Of a DNA stretch of 64,000 nucleotides, positions 50,384-60,028 are shown in pieces. The notes under the pieces were generated by a model. The model was not told the DNA's origin and searched no databases. It worked only from the letters and a program-made list of their open reading frames with translations. The position numbers and the translations under genes were made by a program. The stretch comes from Gammaproteobacteria bacterium (GTDB lineage Bacteria > Pseudomonadota > Gammaproteobacteria > Steroidobacterales > Rariloculaceae): assembly GCA_050485545.1 (NCBI GenBank), contig JBJHBP010000002.1, positions 87,857 through 151,856 of the forward strand, in the 5' to 3' direction. The stretch's first letter is position 1. The number at the start of each line of letters is the position of its first letter.

Positions 50384-50539
50384 ATGACTGACCTGGAGTT
50401 TCGCCCGCCGCTGTCCGGTGCCGATGAGCAGTGGCTTGCCAGCCAGGCCGACATCGAACCGGATCTGAACGTGGACGGGCTGGAACAGAATCCGTTTGCA
50501 CGGCTGCTCGGCCTGCTGCTTGGCCGCCGGCGCAACTAG
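50384..50539 (+). CDS. Possible 51-aa small protein (below the ORF-track cutoff)
   Basis: MTDLEFRPPLSGADEQWLASQADIEPDLNVDGLEQNPFARLLGLLLGRRRN. Third-position G/C is about 78% by hand count, as expected for coding DNA in this genome. No recognisable family. Confidence 0.25.
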   Translation: MTDLEFRPPLSGADEQWLASQADIEPDLNVDGLEQNPFARLLGLLLGRRRN

Positions 50540-50606
50540 CTGCGCGAACCACGCTGCCTGGCCTGATACCGTCCACCTCTGTCACCCGAACCTGTCACCT
50601 GACCTG

Positions 50607-50861
50607 ATGAAGCCCGCAACGAATCCGCGCAGACAGATTCGCGATGCCACGGCGTCGAGCGGAAAGTCGCCCGACGATGACACGCTGATCAGGGGCCTGA
50701 GCCATGAGGACCGCGCGCGCCTGGCCATCGATGCCTGGGAGCCTTCGCTGTTGAAACACATGCTCAGGGCTCGGCACAAGGCGTCAGGTCGGGCCGCCCA
50801 CGAAGCCTCGGATCGGTCGGGTGGCGCGGCGCCGGCACGCCAGGATATCCGTCGACGATAG
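50607..50861 (+). CDS. Possible 84-aa basic protein, unknown function
   Basis: MKPATNPRRQIRD...DDDTLIRGLSHEDRARLAIDAWEPSLLKHMLRARHKA.... Third-position G/C is about 79% by hand count. Its stop is 1 nt from the convergent ExeA-FHA stop. Confidence 0.3.
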   Translation: MKPATNPRRQIRDATASSGKSPDDDTLIRGLSHEDRARLAIDAWEPSLLKHMLRARHKASGRAAHEASDRSGGAAPARQDIRRR

Positions 50862-50862
50862 G

Positions 50863-52254
50863 CTACCTGGCCTGTTTCGCCAGTACACGCCCGGAGGTGG
50901 TATCCCCATCTTCCTCTTGCTGCACTTCTGAATCGTCTTGCGCTTCATCGGCCTCGCGGCCACTGACTGACTCGGCGTCCGTGGAGGCGTCGAGCTTGTG
51001 TTCATCGTCCGTGTGGACGCAGGTCGCACCATGCTCATCCTGCTCTTCGTCCTCGCTCCAGTCGGCCGCCGGAGTGGGCATCTGGTTCAAGAGGCGAAAC
51101 AGCAGTTTGTGTTCACCCAGCTGTATCAGATCGCCGTCCGCGAGTACATGGTTCTTGACCCGGCGCTGACGCACCACGATGCCGTTGGTGCTGTTCAGGT
51201 CTTCAATCACAATCTGGTCGCGATCCGCCGTAATCTGCGCGTGGTGTCGCGATACGAATCTGCTGCGGATCTGGAAGTCGTTCTCGGAGGTGCGTCCGAG
51301 TACGCTGCGACCGAAAGGTACTATGAACTCGGTGACGAACTGATCGCCGAACATGACCTCGAACCGACCGGCAGCAATGGAGGCGCTCTGTTCGTACTGG
51401 CCGGTGGTGTCCAGGTGACGTTCCTTTTCCCGACGCCTTTCGGCGTACTCCGCCCACTGCAGTTCGTCGACGGCGGCATGCACGAGCTCCACATTGATGG
51501 TGTCCCGACCCTCCGCGAACGCACACAGCATGGCTGTGTCGCAGAGAACGTTCGTGAGTCTGGGTACACCGCCGGTATAGCGGAACACCATATCGATGGC
51601 GTCGTCGTCAAAGATGCTTCTTCCCGACGCGCCGGCGATCTCGAGACGGTGGCGGATGTACTCGTGAGTTTCACGCTTCGACAGCGTGCTCAGGTGAAAG
51701 CGCAGGCGCACGCGCTGGGCCAGCTGTTCCAGACGAGGAGAATTCAGTTTGTCGGAAAGCTCCGGCTGGCCGGCGAGAATAATGCGCAGGAGCTTCTCCT
51801 TCTGCGCTTCGATGCCCGACAGCAGCCGCACTTCCTCGAGTACCTTGCGCGACAGGTTCTGTGCCTCATCGACGATCAGCAGAACCTTCTTCTTGTTCGC
51901 ATACTGTTCCACCAGAAAGTCGCGCAGCATGGACAGCAGCTCAATCTTTTTCTGGTGGAACGGCTTGAAACCGAACTCCACCAGCAGCGCCTGGAGAAAC
52001 TCCACCGGCGACAGCTGGGTCTGGCTGATATGCGCCAGGACGATATCGTCGGGTAGCTCGTCGAGAAAGCTCTCGATCAGCGTGGTCTTTCCGGATCCGA
52101 TCTCGCCCGTGACCACCACGAACCCGTCCGCCAGCCATATGGTGGACTCCATATAGGCTTTGGCGCGCGCATGTTGCTTGCTCGCGAAGAGGAACTGCGG
52201 GTCCGGCGTGAGTCGGAACGGTGGTTCGCGTAGCTTGAACAGCTGGCAATACAT
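50863..52254 (-). CDS. ExeA/GspA-like AAA ATPase fused to a C-terminal FHA domain and an acidic tail
   Basis: N-terminus FKLREPPFRLTPDPQFLFASKQHARA...VVVTGEIGSGKTTL (Walker A), LLIVDEAQNL (Walker B), ILAGQPEL. FHA signature LGRTSENDFQIRSRFVSRHHAQI...IEDLNSTNGIVV...LADGDLIQLG (approx nt 51094-51369). The last ~70 aa are D/E-rich. Confidence 0.85.
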   Translation of the reverse strand: MYCQLFKLREPPFRLTPDPQFLFASKQHARAKAYMESTIWLADGFVVVTGEIGSGKTTLIESFLDELPDDIVLAHISQTQLSPVEFLQALLVEFGFKPFHQKKIELLSMLRDFLVEQYANKKKVLLIVDEAQNLSRKVLEEVRLLSGIEAQKEKLLRIILAGQPELSDKLNSPRLEQLAQRVRLRFHLSTLSKRETHEYIRHRLEIAGASGRSIFDDDAIDMVFRYTGGVPRLTNVLCDTAMLCAFAEGRDTINVELVHAAVDELQWAEYAERRREKERHLDTTGQYEQSASIAAGRFEVMFGDQFVTEFIVPFGRSVLGRTSENDFQIRSRFVSRHHAQITADRDQIVIEDLNSTNGIVVRQRRVKNHVLADGDLIQLGEHKLLFRLLNQMPTPAADWSEDEEQDEHGATCVHTDDEHKLDASTDAESVSGREADEAQDDSEVQQEEDGDTTSGRVLAKQAR

Positions 52255-52325
52255 CGGGAAACAGAAAGCTCCGTGTCAGGCTTTCAAAGCCTAATACAAA
52301 CGCACCGGCGATACGAGGGACGGCG

Positions 52326-53423
52326 TCACGGTGTGGGGTCGAGCACCTGTTTCAGCTCGGCAAGCCGCAGCAGCAGCCGCTGCCTATCGCTGTCGACGAT
52401 GGTGCAGTGCCCCACCTTGCGGGCGGCGCGCGCGGATTTGCCGTAGTCGTGAAAGTGCAGACCGGGAATCGCGAGCAGTTGTTGCGCTGGCGGCAGGCTG
52501 CCGATCAGATTGAGCATGGCTGCATGGCCGCGCGGTGCGGTACTGCCCAGCGGCCAGCCCAGCACGGCACGTATGTGATTCTCGAACTGGCTGGTTTCGG
52601 CACCCTCGATGGTCCAGTGACCGCTGTTGTGTACCCGTGGCGCCATCTCGTTCACGAGCAGCCCGCCGTCGGTGTGGAAAAACTCCACCGTCAGCACCCC
52701 GCGGTAGCGGAACCGGTCAGCCACGGCATTGAGCCAGTTCTCGGCCATGGCCTGAAGCTGCGGATCGTCGAAGGGCGCGACTGTCGAGTACAGCTGTCCC
52801 TCGCGGTGTACATTTTCTGCCAGCGGATAGAAGCGCCGTTCATTGTTGGCGCCGTACACGCCGACCAGCGACACTTCGCGGTCGAATCGTATCCAGGCCT
52901 CGGCGATCGCCGGTACGTTGCCCAGCTCGCGCCAGGCGCTCTCCAGTTCAGCTCTGCTGCGCACCAGATGCTGGCCGCGTCCGTCATAGCCCAGACGACG
53001 GGTTTTCAGCACCAGTGGCCAGCCCAGCGTGGCTGCGCGATCGAGGTCTTCGGTGTGGGTGATTGCCACGAAGGGAACAGTGGGGATGGCCAGCGAGGCA
53101 AACAGTTCCTTTTCGGTGAGGCGGTCCTGTGCCGCTGCGATCGCGGCGGCAGGCGGATACAGGTTGACGCGATTCGCGACCGCGTCCAGCACCTCGACCG
53201 GCACATTCTCGATGTCGATGGTCACGACATCCACGGCTTCCGCGAGCCTGAGCATCGCTGCGGCATCGTCGAGGTTCGCTGTCAAGATGCGGCCGATCTG
53301 TCCGCCAGGAGATTTCTCGCCTTGATCCAGGAAGACGATCCGGGCACCCAGCGGATAGGCAGCCAGTGCCATCATGCGGCCCAGCTGCCCGGCGCCGATG
53401 ATGCCTATGGTCGGAGCGTTCAC
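52326..53423 (-). CDS. purK: N5-carboxyaminoimidazole ribonucleotide synthase
   Basis: IGIIGAGQLGRMM, ATP-grasp fold, downstream of purE. Confidence 0.95.
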   Translation of the reverse strand: MNAPTIGIIGAGQLGRMMALAAYPLGARIVFLDQGEKSPGGQIGRILTANLDDAAAMLRLAEAVDVVTIDIENVPVEVLDAVANRVNLYPPAAAIAAAQDRLTEKELFASLAIPTVPFVAITHTEDLDRAATLGWPLVLKTRRLGYDGRGQHLVRSRAELESAWRELGNVPAIAEAWIRFDREVSLVGVYGANNERRFYPLAENVHREGQLYSTVAPFDDPQLQAMAENWLNAVADRFRYRGVLTVEFFHTDGGLLVNEMAPRVHNSGHWTIEGAETSQFENHIRAVLGWPLGSTAPRGHAAMLNLIGSLPPAQQLLAIPGLHFHDYGKSARAARKVGHCTIVDSDRQRLLLRLAELKQVLDPTP

Positions 53424-53462
53424 TGTGGTTGCGCCGGCGTCGTCGATTCAACTATCCGGCAT

Positions 53463-53972
53463 CTATCCGGCATCGCGCGGATCCGGACAGCTCAGCACAT
53501 TGTCGGTCTGGTTCCGCCGGAATGCGGCCAGCGCCGTGGCGATGTCGGGATCCTGATTGGCGAGTATCGCTGCAGCCAGCAGCGCCGCGTTGATTGCACC
53601 GGGTTTGCCGATGGCCAGCGTGGCCACCGGGATGCCGCCGGGCATCTGCACAATGGAGAGCAGTGAGTCCAGTCCACTGAGTGCGCGCGATTCCACCGGT
53701 ACGCCAAGCACTGGAAGATCCGTCTTTGCCGCGGTCATGCCAGGCAGATGCGCCGCGCCGCCGGCACCGGCAATCAGCACCCTGAGTCCGCGTCCGCGTG
53801 CCGCTGCAGCGTATTCGAACAGCAGGTCGGGTGTGCGGTGCGCGGACACAACCCTGACTTCATGCGGCACTGAAAGCGACTCCAGGGTGTCGACTGTGTA
53901 GCGCATCGTAGACCAGTCGGATACCGACCCCATGATGACGCCGACCAGCGGGTTGACCGTCTGCGGTTTCAT
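53463..53972 (-). CDS. purE: N5-carboxyaminoimidazole ribonucleotide mutase
   Basis: [11 protein letters not shown]...RVVSAHRTP...[13 protein letters not shown].... Confidence 0.96.
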   Translation of the reverse strand: MKPQTVNPLVGVIMGSVSDWSTMRYTVDTLESLSVPHEVRVVSAHRTPDLLFEYAAAARGRGLRVLIAGAGGAAHLPGMTAAKTDLPVLGVPVESRALSGLDSLLSIVQMPGGIPVATLAIGKPGAINAALLAAAILANQDPDIATALAAFRRNQTDNVLSCPDPRDAG

Positions 53973-53991
53973 CGACGCATTGTACAGCAGT

Positions 53992-53997
53992 TAGAAT
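53992..53997 (+). promoter_or_regulatory. Candidate -10 box TAGAAT for pmbA
   Basis: CAGTTAGAATGGCCTTCTC lies 33 nt upstream of the pmbA ATG, in the 57-bp purE/pmbA divergent spacer. Confidence 0.3.
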
Positions 53998-54029
53998 GGC
54001 CTTCTCATCTCGCCGGAATACTTCTCACA

Positions 54030-55361
54030 ATGGATTCAGATGCAGTCCGCCAGTCACTGGAAACGGCCGCGGCCGACGCCGTGGAACGCGCTCGCAAGCT
54101 TGGAGCTGACCAGGCGGAGGCCGGAGCAAGTTTCGATGAAGGCCTGAACGTTACGGTACGCATGGGGGAGCTGGAGTCAGTGGAGCGTCAGCGTGACCGG
54201 AGCCTTGCCGTGACGGTCTACAAGGGTGGTCGCAAGGGATCGGCGAGTACCGCCAGGTTTACCCGCGAGGCAGTGGCCGAGGCGGTGGACAAGGCGCTCA
54301 GCATTGCCAGATTCACCGCGCCCGATCGCCACGCGGGTATCGCCGATGCCGGACTGATGGCCGGCGATGCTCCGGACCTGGATCTCTGCCATCCGTGGCA
54401 GATAGAGGTGGATGAGGCCGCGGAGCTGGCGCGGCGTACCGAGGCGGCGGCCCGCGCGGTGGATGGACGCATCGACAATTCCGAAGGGGCGTCGCTTTCC
54501 ACAGGCAGCAGTCTGCGGATCTATGCGAATTCGCACGGGTTTCTCGGCGGCTATCCCACCAGCAGTCACTCGATCAGCGTCAGTGTCGTGGCGCGCGACG
54601 GCAGTTCTCTGGAGCGCGACTATTGGTACGACGTGGCGCGCTGGGCCGGGGGGCTTGCGTCGCCGGAGCAGATCGGTGAGGAGGCCGGCCGTCGTGCGGT
54701 GAGCAGGCTCGGTGCCCGTCGCCTCAAGACGCGTGTGATGCCGGTGCTGTTCCCTGCGGAGCACGCGCGCGGACTGTTCGGTCATCTGGTGGCAGCCATC
54801 AGCGGCAGCAGCCAGTACCGCAAGGCATCGTTTCTGCTGGGTGCCGCCGGTCAGCAGGTGCTCCCGGATTTCGTCAACATCGATGAGGATCCATTCATCG
54901 CGCGTGCCATGGCCAGCGCGCCCTATGACGCCGAAGGCGTGGGCACGCGACAGCGCGCCCTGGTGAGCAGCGGCGTACTGCAGGGCTATGTGCTGTCCAG
55001 CTACTCGGCACGAAGGCTCGGGCTGAGAACCACCGGCAATGCCGGTGGCATTCACAACCTCACGGTGAACGCTACCGACGACGATCCGCTGCAGCTGATG
55101 GCCGAGCGTGGCGAAGTGTTCGTGATCGGCGAACTGCTGGGGCAGGGTGCAAATACCGTTACCGGTGACTACTCTCGCGGTGCGGCCGGGTTTCTTGTCG
55201 AGTCGGGTGAAGTGCGTTACCCGGTCAGCGAGGTCACCATCGCGGGCAATCTCGGCGAGATGCTGCGCAATATTCGCGCCATCGGATCGGATCGCGATAC
55301 GCGCGGTGCGATTCGCTGCGGTTCGGTGCTGGTCGATGGTCTTACGGTTGCGGGAGAGTAG
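54030..55361 (+). CDS. pmbA: Metalloprotease PmbA (TldE)
   Basis: TldD/PmbA fold with GNAGGIHNLTV and NTVTGDYSRGAAGF. Confidence 0.93.
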   Translation: MDSDAVRQSLETAAADAVERARKLGADQAEAGASFDEGLNVTVRMGELESVERQRDRSLAVTVYKGGRKGSASTARFTREAVAEAVDKALSIARFTAPDRHAGIADAGLMAGDAPDLDLCHPWQIEVDEAAELARRTEAAARAVDGRIDNSEGASLSTGSSLRIYANSHGFLGGYPTSSHSISVSVVARDGSSLERDYWYDVARWAGGLASPEQIGEEAGRRAVSRLGARRLKTRVMPVLFPAEHARGLFGHLVAAISGSSQYRKASFLLGAAGQQVLPDFVNIDEDPFIARAMASAPYDAEGVGTRQRALVSSGVLQGYVLSSYSARRLGLRTTGNAGGIHNLTVNATDDDPLQLMAERGEVFVIGELLGQGANTVTGDYSRGAAGFLVESGEVRYPVSEVTIAGNLGEMLRNIRAIGSDRDTRGAIRCGSVLVDGLTVAGE

Positions 55362-56658
55362 CGTCGTCGACAAGTTCGGCGATGGTCCTGTCGCCGAGCT
55401 CTGCGGCGATCGCCTGATCGATGCGGTCGCTGAGCTGCACAACAAGCGGGCTCCAATGCCTGCCGCGGTAGGAGGCGCTGTCCAGCGCCGTGCTGCGCAC
55501 TGCCGCGAGTACGTCCAGCAGGGTAATGTGGCGCAGATCCCTGCCGGGCAGCAACTGTCCTTCGCGGGAGGTGGTCAGCAGTCCGCGTGATGTCAGCGCG
55601 GCGGTAACCGGTTCCAGTATGTGGCGCGGCACGCCCAGCCTGGGTGCCAGGCTCTCATCGCGCCAGCCATGCCCGCCGTTTCCGAAGTCCTGCGCGACCA
55701 GGAGCATGGTGTTCAGCGCCAGACGTTCGCGCAAGGTATTGGATGCTCGCGGCGTGCGCTGTCCGAAGCGCAGGTAGTCGGGATTCTGCACGTAGAACGC
55801 CAGCTGTGCGCCGGTAAGGAGAATCAGCCACGACAGGTACAACCACAGCATGGCCACGATCACGATCGCAAAACCGGAATAGATGAGCTCGGTGCGCGTC
55901 GCGGTTACAACGAACTGTGCAAACAGGCGTCCGCCGCCGGCCCACAGGATGCCCGCGAGCAGGCCGCCTGCCAGCGCCGCCGGCAGGCGCACGTGTGTGT
56001 TGGGCACCAGCTTGTAGAGGAACGCAAACGCCAGTACCACCAGCCCGTAAGGTACAACTGCGCTCAGCGCTGCCAGCCAGCTGCCGAATGGCTCGCTGGC
56101 GCGCATGGCTTCCATCAGCGCGGTACTGGACACCGCCGCCGTGACGCCCATCGCCACGCTCATCAGCAGTGGCCCGGCAATCATGACCGTGAGGTATTCG
56201 CTGAATCGTCGTGCGAAGCTGCGCGGCCGATCCACCCGCCAGACGAAGTTCAGACTCTCCTCGACCTTCTGTGCCATGGACAGCGCGGTATACAGGAGCA
56301 GTGCCAGACTGACGCTCGCCAGGGCGGTGCCACTGACGTTGTCCACGAAACTCATGACCGTGTCGTTCAGTTCCTCTGCGCGCGGCCCCAGCGGCGCGAG
56401 AAAGTTCAGCAGCATGGGTTCGAGCTGGCGGTGAAAACCCAGGCTCTTCAGCACCGAGAAACTGAAGAACAGCAGTGGCACGATGGCGAGCATGGTCGTA
56501 TAGACCAGGCTCATGGCGCGAAGACTGAGCTCGCCTTGCCTGAGGTCGCGTATCAGAGCGAAGGCAAGGCGGGTTCCGACAGTGGCAACCTGCTCGAACC
56601 GGTTGCGCGGCTCGGAGCGCCACAGCCATCGCAGGAATTTTCGGCGCAGTCGTTCCAT
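55342..56658 (-). CDS. YihY/BrkB-family inner-membrane protein with a C-terminal winged-helix-like extension
   Basis: LRAMSLVYTTMLAIVPLLFFSFSVL... six-TM YihY core (...SWLILLTGAQLAF), then a ~130-aa soluble tail. Convergent 20-nt overlap with pmbA. Confidence 0.85.
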   Translation of the reverse strand: MERLRRKFLRWLWRSEPRNRFEQVATVGTRLAFALIRDLRQGELSLRAMSLVYTTMLAIVPLLFFSFSVLKSLGFHRQLEPMLLNFLAPLGPRAEELNDTVMSFVDNVSGTALASVSLALLLYTALSMAQKVEESLNFVWRVDRPRSFARRFSEYLTVMIAGPLLMSVAMGVTAAVSSTALMEAMRASEPFGSWLAALSAVVPYGLVVLAFAFLYKLVPNTHVRLPAALAGGLLAGILWAGGGRLFAQFVVTATRTELIYSGFAIVIVAMLWLYLSWLILLTGAQLAFYVQNPDYLRFGQRTPRASNTLRERLALNTMLLVAQDFGNGGHGWRDESLAPRLGVPRHILEPVTAALTSRGLLTTSREGQLLPGRDLRHITLLDVLAAVRSTALDSASYRGRHWSPLVVQLSDRIDQAIAAELGDRTIAELVDDATLPQP

Positions 56659-56687
56659 CCGTTGTCGCGACGGCTCGACCGCCGCCG

Positions 56688-57596
56688 CTATGCCGCCGTC
56701 AGTCGGTGCAGTGCTTCGAGATACTTTTCCTGCGTGCGCTCGATGACGACGTCAGGCAGCCGTGGCCCCGGAGGAGATTTGTTCCAGTCCAGGGTCTCCA
56801 GATAGTCGCGCACGTACTGTTTGTCGAAGCTTTTGGGCGAGGCGCCTGGCTCGTAACTGTCAGCCGGCCAGAAGCGCGAGGAATCCGGCGTCAGCAGCTC
56901 GTCGATCAGCTTCAGTTCGCCGTCGTCGGTGCCGAACTCGAATTTGGTGTCGGCGATGATGATGCCGCGTCCGCGCGCATAGTCGTTGGCCTCCCGATAG
57001 ATCTGCAGCGATACCTGTTCTACGTGGTCCGCGAGTTCCCTGCCGATGGAAGCCTTCACAGCGGCCATGGTGATGTTTTCGTCGTGCCCCCCTGGCGGTG
57101 CCTTGGTGCTCGGCGTAAAGATCGGTTCACGCAGCTGTTCGGCAAGCTCGATACCCGGCGGCAACGGCACGCCTGAAACCCGACCCGAGCCGCAGTAATC
57201 CTTCCAGCCGGAACCGATCAGGTAGCCGCGTACCACAGCCTCTATCGGCAGCGGCTGCAGTCGGCGCACCACCACCGCGCGATCACGCACCACTTCGTGG
57301 TCGCGCGCGTCGCTGAGTACGTCTTCGGGCGCGATATCGGTAAGGTGGTTGGGAATGATGTGCGCGAGTCGGTCGAACCAGAATTTCGAGATGGCCGTCA
57401 GCACCTTGCCTTTGCCGGGCACCGGGTCCGGTAGCACCACGTCGAACGCTGATATACGATCGGTCGCGATAATGAGCAGATGGCGCTCATCCACGTGGTA
57501 GATGTCGCGCACCTTCCCGCGGGCGATTCTTTGCAGACTGTGCAGGCTGGTTTCAAAAACAGGTGTTTCTGTGGGCCTTGTCGGAGGCTGAGTCAT
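56688..57596 (-). CDS. purC: Phosphoribosylaminoimidazole-succinocarboxamide synthase (long form)
   Basis: GKVRDIY...[13 protein letters not shown]...DTKFEFG. ATG at 57596. Confidence 0.93.
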   Translation of the reverse strand: MTQPPTRPTETPVFETSLHSLQRIARGKVRDIYHVDERHLLIIATDRISAFDVVLPDPVPGKGKVLTAISKFWFDRLAHIIPNHLTDIAPEDVLSDARDHEVVRDRAVVVRRLQPLPIEAVVRGYLIGSGWKDYCGSGRVSGVPLPPGIELAEQLREPIFTPSTKAPPGGHDENITMAAVKASIGRELADHVEQVSLQIYREANDYARGRGIIIADTKFEFGTDDGELKLIDELLTPDSSRFWPADSYEPGASPKSFDKQYVRDYLETLDWNKSPPGPRLPDVVIERTQEKYLEALHRLTAA

Positions 57597-57693
57597 TGCG
57601 TGAAGGTTAATGTGCGTGAAGGCGGGATGATGACTTGTCGGCTGGCGGCTCGGCAACTCGCCGGCGTGAACCCGATACGGCGCGGAGCTTAGC

Positions 57694-58482
57694 ATGGCCA
57701 TGAGCTGGCTTGGCAAGGCGGTCGGGGGGCTGCTCGGCTTGGCGGCCGGCGGCCCGGTGGGTTCGCTGGTGGGGGTGGTGCTGGGCCATCAGTTCGATCG
57801 TGGTTTCGGCCTGCGCCCCGGCGCGGGTGCCCCTCCGCCAGGCCGGGTACAGAAGCTGTACGCCGAAATCACTTTCGAAGTCATGGGCCATCTGGCAAAG
57901 AGCGATGGACGCGTTTCCGAGGAGGAAGTCAGCGTTGCCCGCCGTGTGATGCACGCGATGCGCCTGGGTCCGGAGGAAGTGCGTGAGGCCATTGTTCACT
58001 TCACGCGTGGCAAGTCCGGCGAATATCCGCTGGCACAGCGTCTGGCTGTGTTCTATCGTGAACTGGAGGAACGTCCCGATCTGATACGCGCCTTTCTGCA
58101 GATTCAGATGCAGGCACTGGTGGCCGCCGGCAACATGGGCAAGGCCAAGCGCGATGCATTATGGAAAGTCGCCAGAGCGCTGCATGTGGGTCGTGTCGAG
58201 CTGGCGCAGATCGAGGCTCTTGCGCGTGCCCAGGAATTCTCGGGTGCCAGGCAGCGCAACACGGGCGAAGATCTGGATCGCGCCTATCAGGTGCTGGGCG
58301 TGGAATCAGCTGCCAGTGACCAGGAGATAAAGACCGCCTACCGTCGGCTGATGAACCAGCATCACCCCGACAAACTGGTCGCCCGTGGGCTGCCCGATTC
58401 CATGGCGGGGGTGGCCGAGCAGAAGACGCACGAGATCCGCGCCGCCTACGAACGCATCAAGTCGCATCGGGCACTCAGGTAA
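57694..58482 (+). CDS. djlA: Co-chaperone DjlA (membrane-anchored J-domain protein)
   Basis: N-terminal Gly-rich TM, TerB-like middle part, and a C-terminal J domain [31 protein letters not shown]. Confidence 0.85.
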   Translation: MAMSWLGKAVGGLLGLAAGGPVGSLVGVVLGHQFDRGFGLRPGAGAPPPGRVQKLYAEITFEVMGHLAKSDGRVSEEEVSVARRVMHAMRLGPEEVREAIVHFTRGKSGEYPLAQRLAVFYRELEERPDLIRAFLQIQMQALVAAGNMGKAKRDALWKVARALHVGRVELAQIEALARAQEFSGARQRNTGEDLDRAYQVLGVESAASDQEIKTAYRRLMNQHHPDKLVARGLPDSMAGVAEQKTHEIRAAYERIKSHRALR

Positions 58483-58530
58483 CCGCGTGCGCCCAACCGC
58501 GTGCGCCCGCCTTGCGGATGCCCGCCACGC

Positions 58531-59214
58531 TTACGCCTGGCGACGCAGCCCTTCCCGACGTGCCTTCGGGGGATCGCGGCGGGCATTGAAGACGACGATG
58601 GTCTTGCCATTGGCGCGCACCAGGCCCTGTTCTTCAAGTACCTTAAGCACGCGACCGGCCATTTCCCGCGAACAGCCGACGAGGCGTGACAGCTCCTGAC
58701 GCGAAACCTTGATCTGCATGCCTTCCGGATGCGTCATCGCGTCCGGTTCCTTGCACAGATCCATGATGGCATGCGCAACGCGACCGGTAACGTCGACGAA
58801 TGCCAGATCGCCGAGCTTGCGGTTGGTGCGGTTCAGTCGCGTGGCCAGCTGGGTTGCCAACTCGAAGATCAGCCCGGGACTCTCCGAAGCGATCTGGCGG
58901 AAACGGGGATAAGTCATTTCCGCAATGTCGCTTTCGGTGCGTGTTCGTACCCAGGCGCTGCGTGTGGGCTGTTCGTAGAAAAGCCCCATCTCGCCAAAGA
59001 ACTGCCCCTTGTTCAGATAGGCAAGCACCATTTCGTTGCCGTCTTCGTCCTCGATCATGACTTCGACCGAGCCGTCGACAATGAAATAGAGCACGTCAGG
59101 CAGGTCGCCGGCGTGGATCATCACGGTCTTGGCCGGAATCGTGCGCACACGACAATAGCTGAGGAATCGATTGATCGCCGGTATGTCGCTCAGTGGTCTC
59201 AGGGTTTCGTCCAT
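58531..59214 (-). CDS. crp: CRP/FNR-family global regulator (CRP/Vfr/Clp-like)
   Basis: cNMP-binding core LNKGQFFGEMGLF and the C-terminal HTH RQELSRLVGCSREMAGRVLKVLEEQGL. Confidence 0.9.
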   Translation of the reverse strand: MDETLRPLSDIPAINRFLSYCRVRTIPAKTVMIHAGDLPDVLYFIVDGSVEVMIEDEDGNEMVLAYLNKGQFFGEMGLFYEQPTRSAWVRTRTESDIAEMTYPRFRQIASESPGLIFELATQLATRLNRTNRKLGDLAFVDVTGRVAHAIMDLCKEPDAMTHPEGMQIKVSRQELSRLVGCSREMAGRVLKVLEEQGLVRANGKTIVVFNARRDPPKARREGLRRQA

Positions 59215-59260
59215 CTTTCGGCACTCCCGCTTGACGTAATGTTGTATTAAATCAAATCGC

Positions 59261-59290
59261 AGCGCCCGGGCAAGTACAATCACGGGCGCT
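59261..59290 (-). terminator. Hairpin between coq7 and crp (8-bp GC stem, weak U-tract)
   Basis: AGCGCCCG-14 nt-CGGGCGCT, 13 nt downstream of the coq7 stop on the minus strand. Confidence 0.35.
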
Positions 59291-59302
59291 TTGTGAATCA
59301 GG

Positions 59303-59941
59303 TCACAGGCGCAGCGCGGCTTTACGCAGTATTTCGCCGCCGGCCCTCATCAGAAGGCTTACCGGCACGGGCAGGTCGGCGCCGCCGGCGAGACGTGCCG
59401 TCGCACCGTGTCGGGCTTCATCGTCGGCCATCTGTTCCAGTATGGCCCGGCTTTTCTGATCCTGTTCGGGTAGTTTTTCCAGGTGGTCGTGCAGATGTGC
59501 TTCGACCTGGCGCTCGGTTTCGGCGACGAATCCGAGGCTGGCCCTGTCGCCGGCCAGTCCGGCCAGCGCACCAAGCGCGATGCTGCCGGTGTACCAGAAC
59601 GGCGTCAGCAGACTGGTACGCCCACCCAGTTCATCGATGCGCCGGGCGCACCATGCAAGGTGGTCGCGTTCCTCAAGCGCTGCTTCCTGGAGCACGGCGC
59701 GCGTGCCGGCTGATCGTGCGGTGAGTGCCTGACCCGTATACAGGGCCTGAGCGGAAACTTCGCCAGCGTGGTTCACGCGCATCAGCGCGGCGCTGAGATC
59801 GCGTTCGGAGGCGGACATGTGGGTATGGGCTCGACCGGCGGAGGGGTCGGGTCGCGCTGCATGCGGCAGCGTCGTGAGTGTTCTCAATGCATCGTCGGCA
59901 ACGGCGAGAAGCAGATCCAGACGATTGAAGTCGCGCATCAT
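59303..59941 (-). CDS. coq7: Demethoxyubiquinone hydroxylase (di-iron Coq7)
   Basis: RVNHAGEVSAQALYTGQ, EERDHLAW, ETERQVEAHL and DDEARH are the di-iron ligand motifs. Confidence 0.9.
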   Translation of the reverse strand: MMRDFNRLDLLLAVADDALRTLTTLPHAARPDPSAGRAHTHMSASERDLSAALMRVNHAGEVSAQALYTGQALTARSAGTRAVLQEAALEERDHLAWCARRIDELGGRTSLLTPFWYTGSIALGALAGLAGDRASLGFVAETERQVEAHLHDHLEKLPEQDQKSRAILEQMADDEARHGATARLAGGADLPVPVSLLMRAGGEILRKAALRL

Positions 59942-60028
59942 GTGTCGATTATACTGCGCGTTCTGCAGGTTAAGGTGGGGAACCAGCAGACTATTTTGCC
60001 GTTTTTCGCCGATTTCGGGAGCTTATGC

